From the NCBI GenBank assembly GCA_029984855.1, contig JARQZL010000016.1:1482-65481 (forward strand): a stretch of DNA of 64,000 bases, written 5' to 3'. Source of the stretch: Archaeoglobales archaeon. GTDB taxonomy: Archaea; Halobacteriota; Archaeoglobi; Archaeoglobales; Archaeoglobaceae. The notes below the pieces were generated by a model, which worked only from the letters and a program-made list of their open reading frames with translations, was not told where the DNA came from and made no database searches. Each line of letters opens with the position of its first letter. Positions within the stretch are counted from its first letter, which is position 1. Shown in pieces: positions 47,032-56,157 of this stretch. The position numbers were made by a program, and so were the translations under genes.

Positions 47032-47666
47032 GAGTTGGGGTAGTCTCAAGAGGTAACCACGGATTCTTCACAGTCAGGGCGATGGAGCGGTACTTTGATG
47101 TTGCCATTTTTAAGCTTCCTGAAGACCTTCCTGAAATGGTGGAAGAAATGCATATCCCGGATGCGGTTCTGAACGCTGATATACTCATAAGCTACGCCAT
47201 GCACCCTGATGTGAACTTGTACATTGTTGAGAATTCAAAAGCAGGACTCGTCATTCTAACAGGTAAATCCGGATCTGTAGCTCAGCTGAAGGAAATTGCA
47301 GAAAAAAAAGGGTTGAAATTACTTATAGTTGAAATATGCTGTATTACTCCTGAAATTCCCGGTTTTGAAAACTTCTTTTCCCGCTTTGGAAAACCGGAGT
47401 TTGATGTAGAGGTAAAAAACGGAAGGCTGGAAAAAGTAGTTGCAAAGAGAAGTGCATTCTGTGGAGCAACGCATTTTGTAGCTGAGAAGTTAAAGGGAGT
47501 TAGCGTCCGGGAGGCTCCGAGGCTTGCCGGCTACTATACCCAGATATATCCCTGTCTTGCATCGAGGGGCATAAAGGGTGGGATACACCTTGCTGCTGAG
47601 ATGCACAAAATTGCAATTGAAAGGGCTATAAATAGGTTTAATAAAAGTTCATTTTTACGAGAGTAG
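47028..47666 (+). CDS. DUF166-family Cys-containing protein
   Basis: 212 aa. The start overlaps the cooC stop (ATGA). VEICCITPE...SAFCGATHFVAEKL...IYPCLASRG. Confidence 0.55.
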   Translation: MRVGVVSRGNHGFFTVRAMERYFDVAIFKLPEDLPEMVEEMHIPDAVLNADILISYAMHPDVNLYIVENSKAGLVILTGKSGSVAQLKEIAEKKGLKLLIVEICCITPEIPGFENFFSRFGKPEFDVEVKNGRLEKVVAKRSAFCGATHFVAEKLKGVSVREAPRLAGYYTQIYPCLASRGIKGGIHLAAEMHKIAIERAINRFNKSSFLRE

Positions 47667-47669
47667 ATG

Positions 47670-48309
47670 TTAACGTTGAGTTAACACCTCCAGCGGCCTC
47701 ATTGGCTTATTTACAACTTCTCCTCTCTTCAGCTTCTCGAAAGCTTCTTTAGCTGAAATTATTTGTACATCACCAACGTATTCGAGTTTTCTCCATATCT
47801 TTGTCAAATCGAGGAGTTTGCCGTTATTTCCGAGGGATATGGATATCTCTCCTCCCGGCCCAACAACGGGAAATCCGTTCAGGTGCCTCTTGAAGCTCAC
47901 ACTCACGAGAATGGGCTTTTTATAGACCACCCTTGCCGTCCTATTGACGTATTCTGTCTTTGCCATATACTCTGTCCGAACAGCAGAAAGCTTTGCATCG
48001 GTGGCAGTCCTCCATATTCCTCCAGCGCTTTCAATGCGTACTTGACTGCCTCCTCTTTAGAAGGTAGATTGGAGATTTGGGTCCACCGGATGGAGATTTT
48101 ATGACCTTTATGCTCTCATCTCCCACGACTCTGTACATCGGCATTTTCTCAGGGTCTTCTGGCAGTTCTGTGTCCAGTTTTATTCCTCCAGCAGGGCTGA
48201 GAATGCCAAGGCCCGTTTGTGAGTTCTGCACTGAGTTTACTATGAAAGCAGCGAATGCGAAGCTCAATACAACCAGACCTGCCACCACCACTTTCTTCAT
48301 GCTAAACAC
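47670..48309 (-). pseudogene. Secreted protein gene broken by two frameshifts
   Basis: Signal peptide MKKVVVAGLVVLSFAFAAFIV (48031-48309). The middle piece SKEEAVKYALKALEEYGGLPP is readable only in another frame (about 47990-48045). The C-terminal piece DAKLSAVRTEYMAKTEYVNR... is in the third frame (47670-47990). Confidence 0.55.
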
Positions 48310-48437
48310 CCCCTCCTATTCACAGTTCCAGTAGAAGTAATACACTGTTAAGATCAGGGTCGTCTGGAGCAACGTAGCCTTGGCCATGTAAGTGATCGTT
48401 CTCCTTCTGTTCCAAGCTGTCCACGATTGCCACAGCT

Positions 48438-48803
48438 TCAACATCGCTTCCAAGGGGAGTAGTCGTACAGCGCCAAATCGTAGTTGTTCCAGAGTCCATG
48501 CCCCGTATGCCAGTGAAAGTCCGCTTCGTCGAGTCCTTCCCAGCTGGAATCCGAGGTGCCAAAGTCCTCCTTTTTAACTTCACTATCTTTGTGGTAGAAT
48601 TCCAGCGTCCATCCAGCGTTTCCAAGCCAGTACTTTACCTTGTCCGCTATCTGTGTTCCGTATGGTGTTAAATCGCTAAGCCACGTGTAGTCTTCGATGT
48701 TTGTCACCGAATACTCGTATGCGCTTGCAGTCGCTGCAGTTACTGCAATCAGAAACAACACGGCTATTAACAATCTGGATGCTTTCACTGTCCCCACCTC
48801 CAA
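48438..48803 (-). CDS. Secreted hypothetical protein (possibly frameshifted; a continuation is readable in ORF 48320-48625)
   Basis: N-terminal signal LLIAVLFLIAVTAATASA. The ORF ends at 48438, but the overlapping frame continues ...GSDVEAVAIVDSLEQKENDHLHGQGY... Confidence 0.45.
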   Translation of the reverse strand: MEVGTVKASRLLIAVLFLIAVTAATASAYEYSVTNIEDYTWLSDLTPYGTQIADKVKYWLGNAGWTLEFYHKDSEVKKEDFGTSDSSWEGLDEADFHWHTGHGLWNNYDLALYDYSPWKRC

Positions 48804-48960
48804 CTCGATCTTATAGCCTCCAAATTTTTTATCAAACCACCGAAAACGTTAGATAACTCTCTAACATTTTCGTAAAGTTTAAAAAAGAATTAGAGCCATA
48901 AGTACAAGAACTGGAGATTTTTGCAAAGTAATAATTGAAAACACTCTAAATTCCAAAAAA

Positions 48961-49458
48961 TTACTGGCTATTACACTTGTCACAGCGAAAGGGGTAATCT
49001 TCAAAACTGTAAACCCTTCCAATTTGATAAAGACTCCAGTTCTGATAGCGTTCATCAATAATTGGCTCGACCACTATATAATCTCCCCAAGAAAGATTCA
49101 CTAACAAGAATGTTCTGTTTGCAGTTGTATTGTAGCAGATATCAACACCGGTAACACTTTCTCCATCACTCCATTTATATTTCTCCAAAATTGGTTTAAG
49201 TTTTAGGGCAGCCGTTCTTTCATCCCACTTAAATGGATTTTCATCTGGATAATAAAAGCTCCAGTTTGAGTTTTGGAGAGCATCGGCAAGCCCGACTATT
49301 CTTACCTGTCTTTTAAAATCATCCTTTACTGGAGTTTGAGTTATATGTGTGGGAGATTTGGTTGGAGATACTGAACTGGAATTTTTTCCATCTAAGCACA
49401 TTGCAGAAAAGCTAGCTACTAAAATGATTATAAAAATTAAAAGCTTAAATTTTCTCAT
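48961..49458 (-). CDS. Secreted/lipoprotein-like hypothetical protein
   Basis: 165 aa. MRKFKLLIFIIILVASFSAMC, followed by an S/T/P-rich linker. Confidence 0.5.
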   Translation of the reverse strand: MRKFKLLIFIIILVASFSAMCLDGKNSSSVSPTKSPTHITQTPVKDDFKRQVRIVGLADALQNSNWSFYYPDENPFKWDERTAALKLKPILEKYKWSDGESVTGVDICYNTTANRTFLLVNLSWGDYIVVEPIIDERYQNWSLYQIGRVYSFEDYPFRCDKCNSQ

Positions 49459-49618
49459 GCTTTGTCCCTCTTCATTTTTCTATCCAGTGGTAGAACCAAA
49501 ACCTTCCCCAATCGTCCACACCCCACCATATTCTTGCATAAGTTCCCTGCTGTTCGCCCCTCTTTGTAAGACATTCACTTGGCCGTCTCCAGCCTTGGTT
49601 TGTTTTTACATAATTAAG

Positions 49619-49660
49619 TATTTGTTTGTTATATGTCAAGTTATTTGTTTGTTATATGTC
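49619..49660. repeat. 19-bp perfect direct repeat TATTTGTTTGTTATATGTC x2 (period 23) covering the stop of ORF 49636-50007
   Basis: Copies at 49619-49637 and 49642-49660, read directly. Confidence 0.85.
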
Positions 49661-50128
49661 CAGTCGAACGCTGGTAAATCCATTACGTTGTACTGTATCT
49701 CTGTCATAAAATCAACGTGGATAATTTCATTTTCAGTGACATCACTGCATTCCCCAAGCAACCTCCAGTTATCATCAGTATCTTTTACCCAGGCTTTAAA
49801 TTTATCTAAGTCCGTAAGTAACTCTATCCTCCTCTCTCTCCATTGACTCTTCGCTACGGTGATGTGCGAGTCGTACCCACCACAGTCCGTGAAGTAATTA
49901 CTCGATATTTCATATTCGCCATTAGTCTGCACGGTGAGTGATTGCTCCCTTCTTCTTGCTATGGTCTGTGTATAGGTATGTATGGCATGGTATAAGTAAT
50001 ATTGCATTCGCTGTTTTGGGTAGCTTGTTCATGTTTGCTTCCCAGGACAAAGACAGAATATCGTACCCAAGTTTTGCTTCGAACTCCACAACTGCTTGGT
50101 CTATATTTTCATACGCCATTTCTTTCAC
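49636..50128 (-). pseudogene. Hypothetical gene interrupted by one frameshift
   Basis: ORF 49922-50128 (MKEMAYENIDQAVVEFEAKLGYDILSLSWEANMNKLPKTANA...) and ORF 49636-50007 (QYYLYHAIHTYTQTIARRREQ...) overlap in different frames and join naturally near 50005. Confidence 0.45.
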
Positions 50129-50194
50129 CTCCCGCCGTTTTTGTTGTCTTTCATATCCATATATAAAACCACCAAGAAATCGAGAAGTGGTAAA

Positions 50195-50437
50195 GTGGAA
50201 TCTGAATCAGAACCAGAAATCCCCGCAGATGACTTCAAGATTTTTACCGATAAAACCAGAGTGTCCATTTTGAAGATTCTTAACGAGAGGAGATACACGA
50301 CCTCAGAACTCTCAAGGATGTTGAACTTATCCAAACCAACCGTGTTATATCACATAAAAATTCTTGAAAATGCTGGATACGTTAGAAGAATTGAGAATGG
50401 TAGAAAGTGGATAAAGTGGATTTACTATGAGTTGTAG
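50195..50437 (+). CDS. ArsR-family winged-helix transcription regulator
   Basis: FKIFTDKTRVSILKILNERRYTTSELSRMLNLSKPTVLYHIKILENAGYV. I prefer the in-frame GTG at 50195, because the track start at 50096 overlaps the divergent gene. Confidence 0.7.
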   Translation: MESESEPEIPADDFKIFTDKTRVSILKILNERRYTTSELSRMLNLSKPTVLYHIKILENAGYVRRIENGRKWIKWIYYEL

Positions 50438-50635
50438 CTGTTTTACTTAAACCTAAGAAAGAAGTACCAGAATATCCAGCCATGGGTGTCAACCTGACAG
50501 AGTTGCTTATTTCAGCTGTTCTAATTATCATGTTCGTATTATCTCTGATTGTTATAATTTACTTCCTCAGAAAGTTAAATTCTGAAAGATTTTAGCTTTG
50601 TTTTATTTTTAATTTTTCAAAAAATAAAATTAAAA

Positions 50636-51061
50636 TTAGTCTATCCTACCTCTAAAGAGCATCCCTTCCTTCTCCAAGAGTTCTACAGCCTTATCCAAGT
50701 CGTTCACTCTTAGTATTATCAGAGCCTTATCTCCACCAGAGGTAAATGCATAGACGTACTCTATGTTTATGTTTGCGTCGCCCAGAGCTCTGGCAATCCT
50801 ATAAAGCCCGCCGGGTTCATCTTCTACCTCAACGCCAAGAACTCTCGTTAACGTAACCGTAAACCCCGCATTTCTCAGAATTTCATACGCTTCATCCGTC
50901 TTATCCACGACCATCCTAATAATCCCAAAATCTCCAGCCTCAGCAATTGTGAATGCCCTTATGTTAATTCCCTTCTCATAAAGCTTCTCTGTCACTGCCG
51001 CAAGTCTTCCAGGCTTGTTTTCAACAAAAACAGAGACCTGTTTTAGGGTTTTATCTTCCAT
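50636..51061 (-). CDS. Tandem ACT-domain protein
   Basis: 141 aa. VSVFVENKPGRLAAVTEKL...INIRAF, plus a second ACT repeat. This is the usual partner downstream of paaK. Confidence 0.8.
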   Translation of the reverse strand: MEDKTLKQVSVFVENKPGRLAAVTEKLYEKGINIRAFTIAEAGDFGIIRMVVDKTDEAYEILRNAGFTVTLTRVLGVEVEDEPGGLYRIARALGDANINIEYVYAFTSGGDKALIILRVNDLDKAVELLEKEGMLFRGRID

Positions 51062-51076
51062 AATACCACCTCAAAC

Positions 51077-52387
51077 TCAAATCTTTCTTTTGTCAATGAC
51101 TCGCTTTGCCTTGCCCTCGAAGCGCTGCAGAGTGCCGGGATTTACGATTTCTACCTTTGCTGTAACGTTAAGCACGGCCTTTAGTTGTTCTGCTATACGC
51201 TTCTCGAGTTCAAGCATGTCTGCTACCTTATCTGTAAAGGCCTTTTCACTGAGCTCAACCTGAACGGTCATTTTATCAAGGCCGTCTTCAGCCCTTTCCA
51301 GGATTATCATGTAGTGTTCTCCAACTTCCGGAATCTGCATGAGGACGTGCTCTATCTGGCTCGGAAAGACGTTTACACCACGAACGATTATCATGTCGTC
51401 TGCCCTGCCCAGAATGCGCATAATGCGTGGATGCGTTCTTCCACAGGCACACTTCTCACTCTCCATTATCGTGATGTCACCGGTTCTCCATCTTATCAGC
51501 GGCATCGCTTCCTTGCTCAGCGTTGTTACCACGAGTTCTCCTTTTTCACCCTCTCCAACCTGCTCTCCGGTTTCGGGATCAATTATCTCTATCAGAAAGT
51601 GGTCGGCCCAGATGTGGAGGCCGTGTTTTTCCGTGCATTCTGTAAAGAGCGGGCCACTCAGTTCTGAGGTGCCGTAAACGTCGTAGGCTGTAATACCTGT
51701 TTTCCCTTCAATCCTCCTTCTCGTTTCTTCACTCCAGGGTTCAGCCCCTAAGATCCCCCTTCTCAGTTTTGTGTCTTCAGCAATATCTGTACCTATTTTT
51801 GCAGCATACTCTGATAAATAAAGCATGTACGACGGTGTGCATGCGATTACTGTCGTGTTCAGATCCTTCATAAGCTCGATCTGCCTCTGCGTGTTGCCGG
51901 CAGAAGTAGGCAAAACAGTAGCACCAACTCTTTCGGCAGCATAGTGGAAACCCAATCCACCTGTAAAGAGGCCGTACCCATACGAGATCTGCATTACATC
52001 TTCTCTGCTTACCCCACATGCTACGAGGCTTCTGCAGAGACTCTCTACCCATACCTCAACGTCGTTTGCTGTATAGCCCACTACTGTCGGTTTTCCTGTA
52101 GTACCACTGGAGGCGTGAAAACGCACAATCTGAGATATAGGCACAGCAAATATCCCGAATGGATAATTATCTCGGAGATCCTGCTTCTTTGTGAATGGCA
52201 GTTTTGGTAAATCTCTGACTCCAGTGATGTCCCATGGATTTAGCCTTATCTCTCTAAACTTTTTTCTGTAAAAAGGCGAGTATTCATATGCATGGTGAAT
52301 GATTGCCCTCAATTTTCTTTCCTGAATTTCTTGCAGGTCTTTTTGAGGCATCTTTTCCGCTCTTGGATCCCAGTACATGCTCAACAC
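51077..52387 (-). CDS. paaK: Phenylacetate-CoA ligase
   Basis: 436 aa. FHASSGTTGKPTVV, YGTSE and GDIT motifs of the PaaK/F390-synthetase adenylate-forming family. Confidence 0.9.
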   Translation of the reverse strand: MLSMYWDPRAEKMPQKDLQEIQERKLRAIIHHAYEYSPFYRKKFREIRLNPWDITGVRDLPKLPFTKKQDLRDNYPFGIFAVPISQIVRFHASSGTTGKPTVVGYTANDVEVWVESLCRSLVACGVSREDVMQISYGYGLFTGGLGFHYAAERVGATVLPTSAGNTQRQIELMKDLNTTVIACTPSYMLYLSEYAAKIGTDIAEDTKLRRGILGAEPWSEETRRRIEGKTGITAYDVYGTSELSGPLFTECTEKHGLHIWADHFLIEIIDPETGEQVGEGEKGELVVTTLSKEAMPLIRWRTGDITIMESEKCACGRTHPRIMRILGRADDMIIVRGVNVFPSQIEHVLMQIPEVGEHYMIILERAEDGLDKMTVQVELSEKAFTDKVADMLELEKRIAEQLKAVLNVTAKVEIVNPGTLQRFEGKAKRVIDKRKI

Positions 52388-53078
52388 CCCTCCTCGCTCT
52401 TTCTGAGAATTATATATAGCTTTTCTTTACCACTCACTTTCAACTCTCACTCTCACTGACACAATGTAGCATACTTTTTATTGTATAATTTACAACATAT
52501 TTTTTGGCAGTTATTAGTTTGCTATTATCATTAAATTCATTATAATCTTTTAATTTAATTAAAATTACTTTAAGCAATATTATGTTTGAAATACTTTAAA
52601 GAATTAAATTAATTTTTTTTAATTTAAATTTTAGATTAAAATATTACGTAATTACTGGAATAGATAATTTTAGGTATACCGAAAATCTGATGCTTGAGGA
52701 GCTGAGTTGTTACAGATATTATAGGAATCAGGGGATTTATGCACGTTCAAGGGGGGTTAACTGCAGAAAGTGCGGGGGGTTTATGCATGCACCCAGCAGA
52801 ACCAATTTTTGTTACATATTTTATGTAATAACTATTTCTTGCAATTATCTGCAAATACTTTAATAATTCTGATTTATTTTAATTCAATTGAGTAATTGGA
52901 AAGAATAAATTTCAAAAAATTATTAATATTGAATTAATAAGATTGTAGTAAAAACAAGTCATCTTTTAAATTTTTAAAAGATTGATAATTAGATTGTTTA
53001 TTAAAACAAATATTAAAATAAACATATCCAAACGCCCACCATAAAAACATGGCGAAAAAGTGAGGGATAAAAAAGAGT
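52388..53078. other. 690-bp non-coding spacer: two extremely AT-rich arms around a 120-bp GC-rich island with three G-tract elements
   Basis: Counted G+C: 7/60 (52561-52620), 11/60 (52621-52680), 34/60 (52741-52800). Repeats are described in the findings. Confidence 0.5.
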
Positions 53079-54992
53079 TTATTCTTTTACCCTCGACTTT
53101 CCAGGTGGCAGAAACTTCATAATTTCGTCAGGAGTTGCTATGCTTCTAACAATGTGTCTATCTTCATCTTTTGCCATTTCTACGAGTCTTCTGGCAATTT
53201 CAACGGAAATCTCGTTAACACTCATGTTGCCAATGTCAAGCTCGACGTAATAATCACAGTACTTTTTGACTGCGCTTGCTGGCCCTCCGAGAACACGTAG
53301 CTTTGAGAGTTCAACGCCAATGGCGCACGAAACTGCAACGGTGAGATAGTTCCTCTTACCCTCAATAAAGAAACTGCCCCTTGCAAGATATTCACCATGT
53401 TTTGCAGCTCTCTTTACTTGCTCTGGTTTAACATAGTACACCTCACCGCTGTATTTACCTTCCTTCCACAGAGCTGAATAACTTGCAGCAAATTGTGCCG
53501 TCTCTTTTATACTCGTTTTAGGGGCCTCCTGACCAAACTTCAGCAAAGTGGCAGGAGCTCCCGGAGTCTGAGTGTGGAAAAAAAGGTCTTTTGGCTCCAT
53601 ATACTTCGACACTACCTCCTCGTTCATTGCGGCATTTCTACCCCCTATAGCAAGAAATCCGTCGGACGTTATGAACCACCTGAATCTTTCATACCACTCC
53701 CTCTTTCTCGCGACTCTCAGTCCTTTTACATATTTTTTAGCTTCGAGCTCCTCAACCTTCTGCATTTCCTGCTTTGTTTTCTCTATCGCCTTTAACAGTC
53801 CGTCAAGCTTGTGTTTAATTTTCTTGGCCTTTTCATAGTAAACGTCTGCTATCTGGGGGAGGGTTTTATCCAGCGGTAGCTCAATTTCCACACCCGTATT
53901 AATGATGACACTGTTTCTCTCAGGGTGGATTTCTTTAACAAGGCTTGAGAGCTTTGAATTTGCTCTAACTGCGCTCTTTATTTCATCCCACGACTTCTGC
54001 TGTCTTGCCTGTTTGAAGGCGTTTAGAATCCGGTTATACATCTGGTAGTTCTCGTAAATTGCATCTCCAGCCCTTCTGTACTTCTCCATCTCTTCTTTAA
54101 AGTTTTTTTCGGTCTCAAGCTGCCTCTCCAGCCTCGTTTTCAGCTTTTTCAGCTCTTCACTCTCTTCAACTTTTCTTTCACTGATCTTTCTTGAGTAGTA
54201 CTCATCGAGAGCCTCATTAAACGTTGGAAAGTACTTCTTTTCCAGTTTTTCGTATTTTCTTAGCTCTACAGGAAGTACATCTACATACTCTCCGTTTTTG
54301 ATTATGACGTGAGGTTTGAACTCTCCTTTTTTAATTGTCCCGAAAATGGAGCTTATGGCAAGAGCAATTCTCTCTATTTCTCTTTCATTTAGTTCATTTG
54401 CCTTCTTATTTTTATCAATTCCGGCCCTCAGACACACTTCTTCAGCATACAATCCCCCGAGACCGCTCATGGCCAGAACTCTGACAGTCTCTCTTTCTTT
54501 TTCTGCGAATATCTCCGTGAGTTTTTCAGAGCTCAGCTCGAAAGGGGTTACTCTCTTCTCGGGAAACCTGTAAGTTTCTCCTGCCTTGAAAAATGGTTTT
54601 AGAGGCATTATTATCCTCTGATTTTCATCAGCAAGTATCACATTGCCCTTGGAGAAAAGTTCAACTATCAGCAGCCGGGTTTCATTTCTCACAACCCTTA
54701 TTACGACGACCCTGTCAAAGTCGTACTGTTCCACACTCCTTATTCTCCCCCCCTCGAGGTGCTTTCTGAGCAGCATCGCAAAACTCGATGGAAACCTCGG
54801 ACTCTCCTTTGGAAACTTTGTTATGTGAATGCGTTTTCCTGCTTCAAGTACTAGGTCTTTTCTTCCTGGTGCTCGAACTTTTATCCTTATCTCGTCTGGG
54901 GGGTGGTGGTAGATTTTATCAATTCTGCCATCAACAAGCTGCTGAAGTTCTGAAACACATGCTGCTATATCGGCTGAAGACATTGATTTCAT
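53079..54992 (-). CDS. NFACT-family protein (archaeal Rqc2/RqcH homologue; FbpA-N + DUF814)
   Basis: 637 aa. N-terminal RIDKIYHHPPDEIRIKV...LEAGKRIHIT, a central coiled coil, and a C-terminal DUF814-like FFHTQTPGAPATLL. Confidence 0.85.
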   Translation of the reverse strand: MKSMSSADIAACVSELQQLVDGRIDKIYHHPPDEIRIKVRAPGRKDLVLEAGKRIHITKFPKESPRFPSSFAMLLRKHLEGGRIRSVEQYDFDRVVVIRVVRNETRLLIVELFSKGNVILADENQRIIMPLKPFFKAGETYRFPEKRVTPFELSSEKLTEIFAEKERETVRVLAMSGLGGLYAEEVCLRAGIDKNKKANELNEREIERIALAISSIFGTIKKGEFKPHVIIKNGEYVDVLPVELRKYEKLEKKYFPTFNEALDEYYSRKISERKVEESEELKKLKTRLERQLETEKNFKEEMEKYRRAGDAIYENYQMYNRILNAFKQARQQKSWDEIKSAVRANSKLSSLVKEIHPERNSVIINTGVEIELPLDKTLPQIADVYYEKAKKIKHKLDGLLKAIEKTKQEMQKVEELEAKKYVKGLRVARKREWYERFRWFITSDGFLAIGGRNAAMNEEVVSKYMEPKDLFFHTQTPGAPATLLKFGQEAPKTSIKETAQFAASYSALWKEGKYSGEVYYVKPEQVKRAAKHGEYLARGSFFIEGKRNYLTVAVSCAIGVELSKLRVLGGPASAVKKYCDYYVELDIGNMSVNEISVEIARRLVEMAKDEDRHIVRSIATPDEIMKFLPPGKSRVKE

Positions 54993-55042
54993 TGTCTCAG
55001 AGTGATCTGCTCTGTGTTTTATTCCTTTCCCCTTCTCTTCAG

Positions 55043-56053
55043 CTATATCAATCCTTTGCCCCTGATTACGACCTCACTCCTGTCCTCGTTAAGCTCGACG
55101 ATATCTCCCAAAAACTCGTTTACCACGTAAGCATTACTTCTCTGGTGCATTGAAATTTTCGAAGTCGTGTATCTTGTCTTCCCTCTCGCAACTGCTGCGA
55201 AGGGCATTATCTGGTCAGCAAGAAATTCATCGAAGCAGGCTCCACTCTCCATCTCTTCAAGCAGCAATTCAGCTGCTTCTCTGCCAACAACTTCTGCCCT
55301 CTTACCTCTCTCACCGAGAGAACTGCCGCCCTTATAGCCACACCAGAGGGTTATCCCGCTCCCTGTGGAGAACTCATTTCTCACCTCACAGCCTATGCTG
55401 CACTCGATATTCCTGCTTTTGAAAAACTCTTCTGCGGCTTTTGCCTGTCTTTCCGCAATGTGGGAAGGAAGATTGGAACAGTGGCTTATCCCCTCCACTT
55501 TACTGCCAGAACAATCAGTGAATACGACTCCTTCAAGCTCTGATGGAACTGCTGAGACCCTTATCAGCCCCCCGCCTCGGGGGTAGTATCCTCTGTGAAC
55601 GAGTTCAATAGAAACATTTGCACCGAGCTCACTTATTGCCTTAAACGTCACGTTGCTTATGTAATCGACAGGTGGGCTCCATTTCACATCCGTACCGCCT
55701 CTAATTTCGAAAGAAGAGCTCTTTTCGGCAGCAAGGGATGGTAGAAGGATTGTCTGGAGAATGAGTGTAACACTTCCCGCCGTGCCTATGTCTATCCTGA
55801 ACTTACCCCCTCTCAGTCTTCTTGGCTTGAATACAACACGGGTTGAGCCAGCTTTAAGTCCTTCAACCTCTGCATTGCTTATCATTTTTGCAGCTTCTAT
55901 CCCTCTTAAATGCTGCATTGCAAGCCCGGGCTTTGGCCTGTTTGCCCTTATCCTGTAGATTTCAACAGCCTTGCCGGTAATGCAGGAAAGTGAAATTGCC
56001 GTCCTTAAAATCTGTCCTCCACCCTCTCCGTATGTACCGTCTATGTGTATCAT
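55043..56053 (-). CDS. rtcA: RNA 3'-terminal phosphate cyclase
   Basis: 336 aa. IDGTYGEGGGQILRTAISLS...RPKPGL...; the histidine region is present. Confidence 0.9.
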   Translation of the reverse strand: MIHIDGTYGEGGGQILRTAISLSCITGKAVEIYRIRANRPKPGLAMQHLRGIEAAKMISNAEVEGLKAGSTRVVFKPRRLRGGKFRIDIGTAGSVTLILQTILLPSLAAEKSSSFEIRGGTDVKWSPPVDYISNVTFKAISELGANVSIELVHRGYYPRGGGLIRVSAVPSELEGVVFTDCSGSKVEGISHCSNLPSHIAERQAKAAEEFFKSRNIECSIGCEVRNEFSTGSGITLWCGYKGGSSLGERGKRAEVVGREAAELLLEEMESGACFDEFLADQIMPFAAVARGKTRYTTSKISMHQRSNAYVVNEFLGDIVELNEDRSEVVIRGKGLI

Positions 56054-56157
56054 CCATCTTCACTGTCTGTCAACATTTATTAACCCTTCATTGAACCAAT
56101 TCGGCAGATTTAAATTTCGAATGTGATTTGAAATTATTAATCATTAGGGGTGTTCGG

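Noticed and set aside
52686-52708. Possible C/D-box sRNA (CTGATGC ... CTGA)
   Set aside because: The C-like and D-like boxes are only 8 nt apart. There is no second C'/D pair and no terminal stem.
52690-52863. 57-codon ORF (MLEELSCYRYYRNQGIYARSRGVNCRKCGGFMH...) spanning the GC island of the AT-rich spacer
   Set aside because: It has only one CxxC, runs of GGG GGG codons, and an AT-rich tail that reads as junk hydrophobic sequence. It is more likely a chance ORF across DNA-level repeats. I keep it in mind as a possible transposase-zinc-ribbon relic.
52388-53078. CRISPR array or leader in the AT-rich region
   Set aside because: The repeats are short (11-24 bp), irregularly spaced and not separated by unique spacers of constant length. 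No cas genes are in the window.
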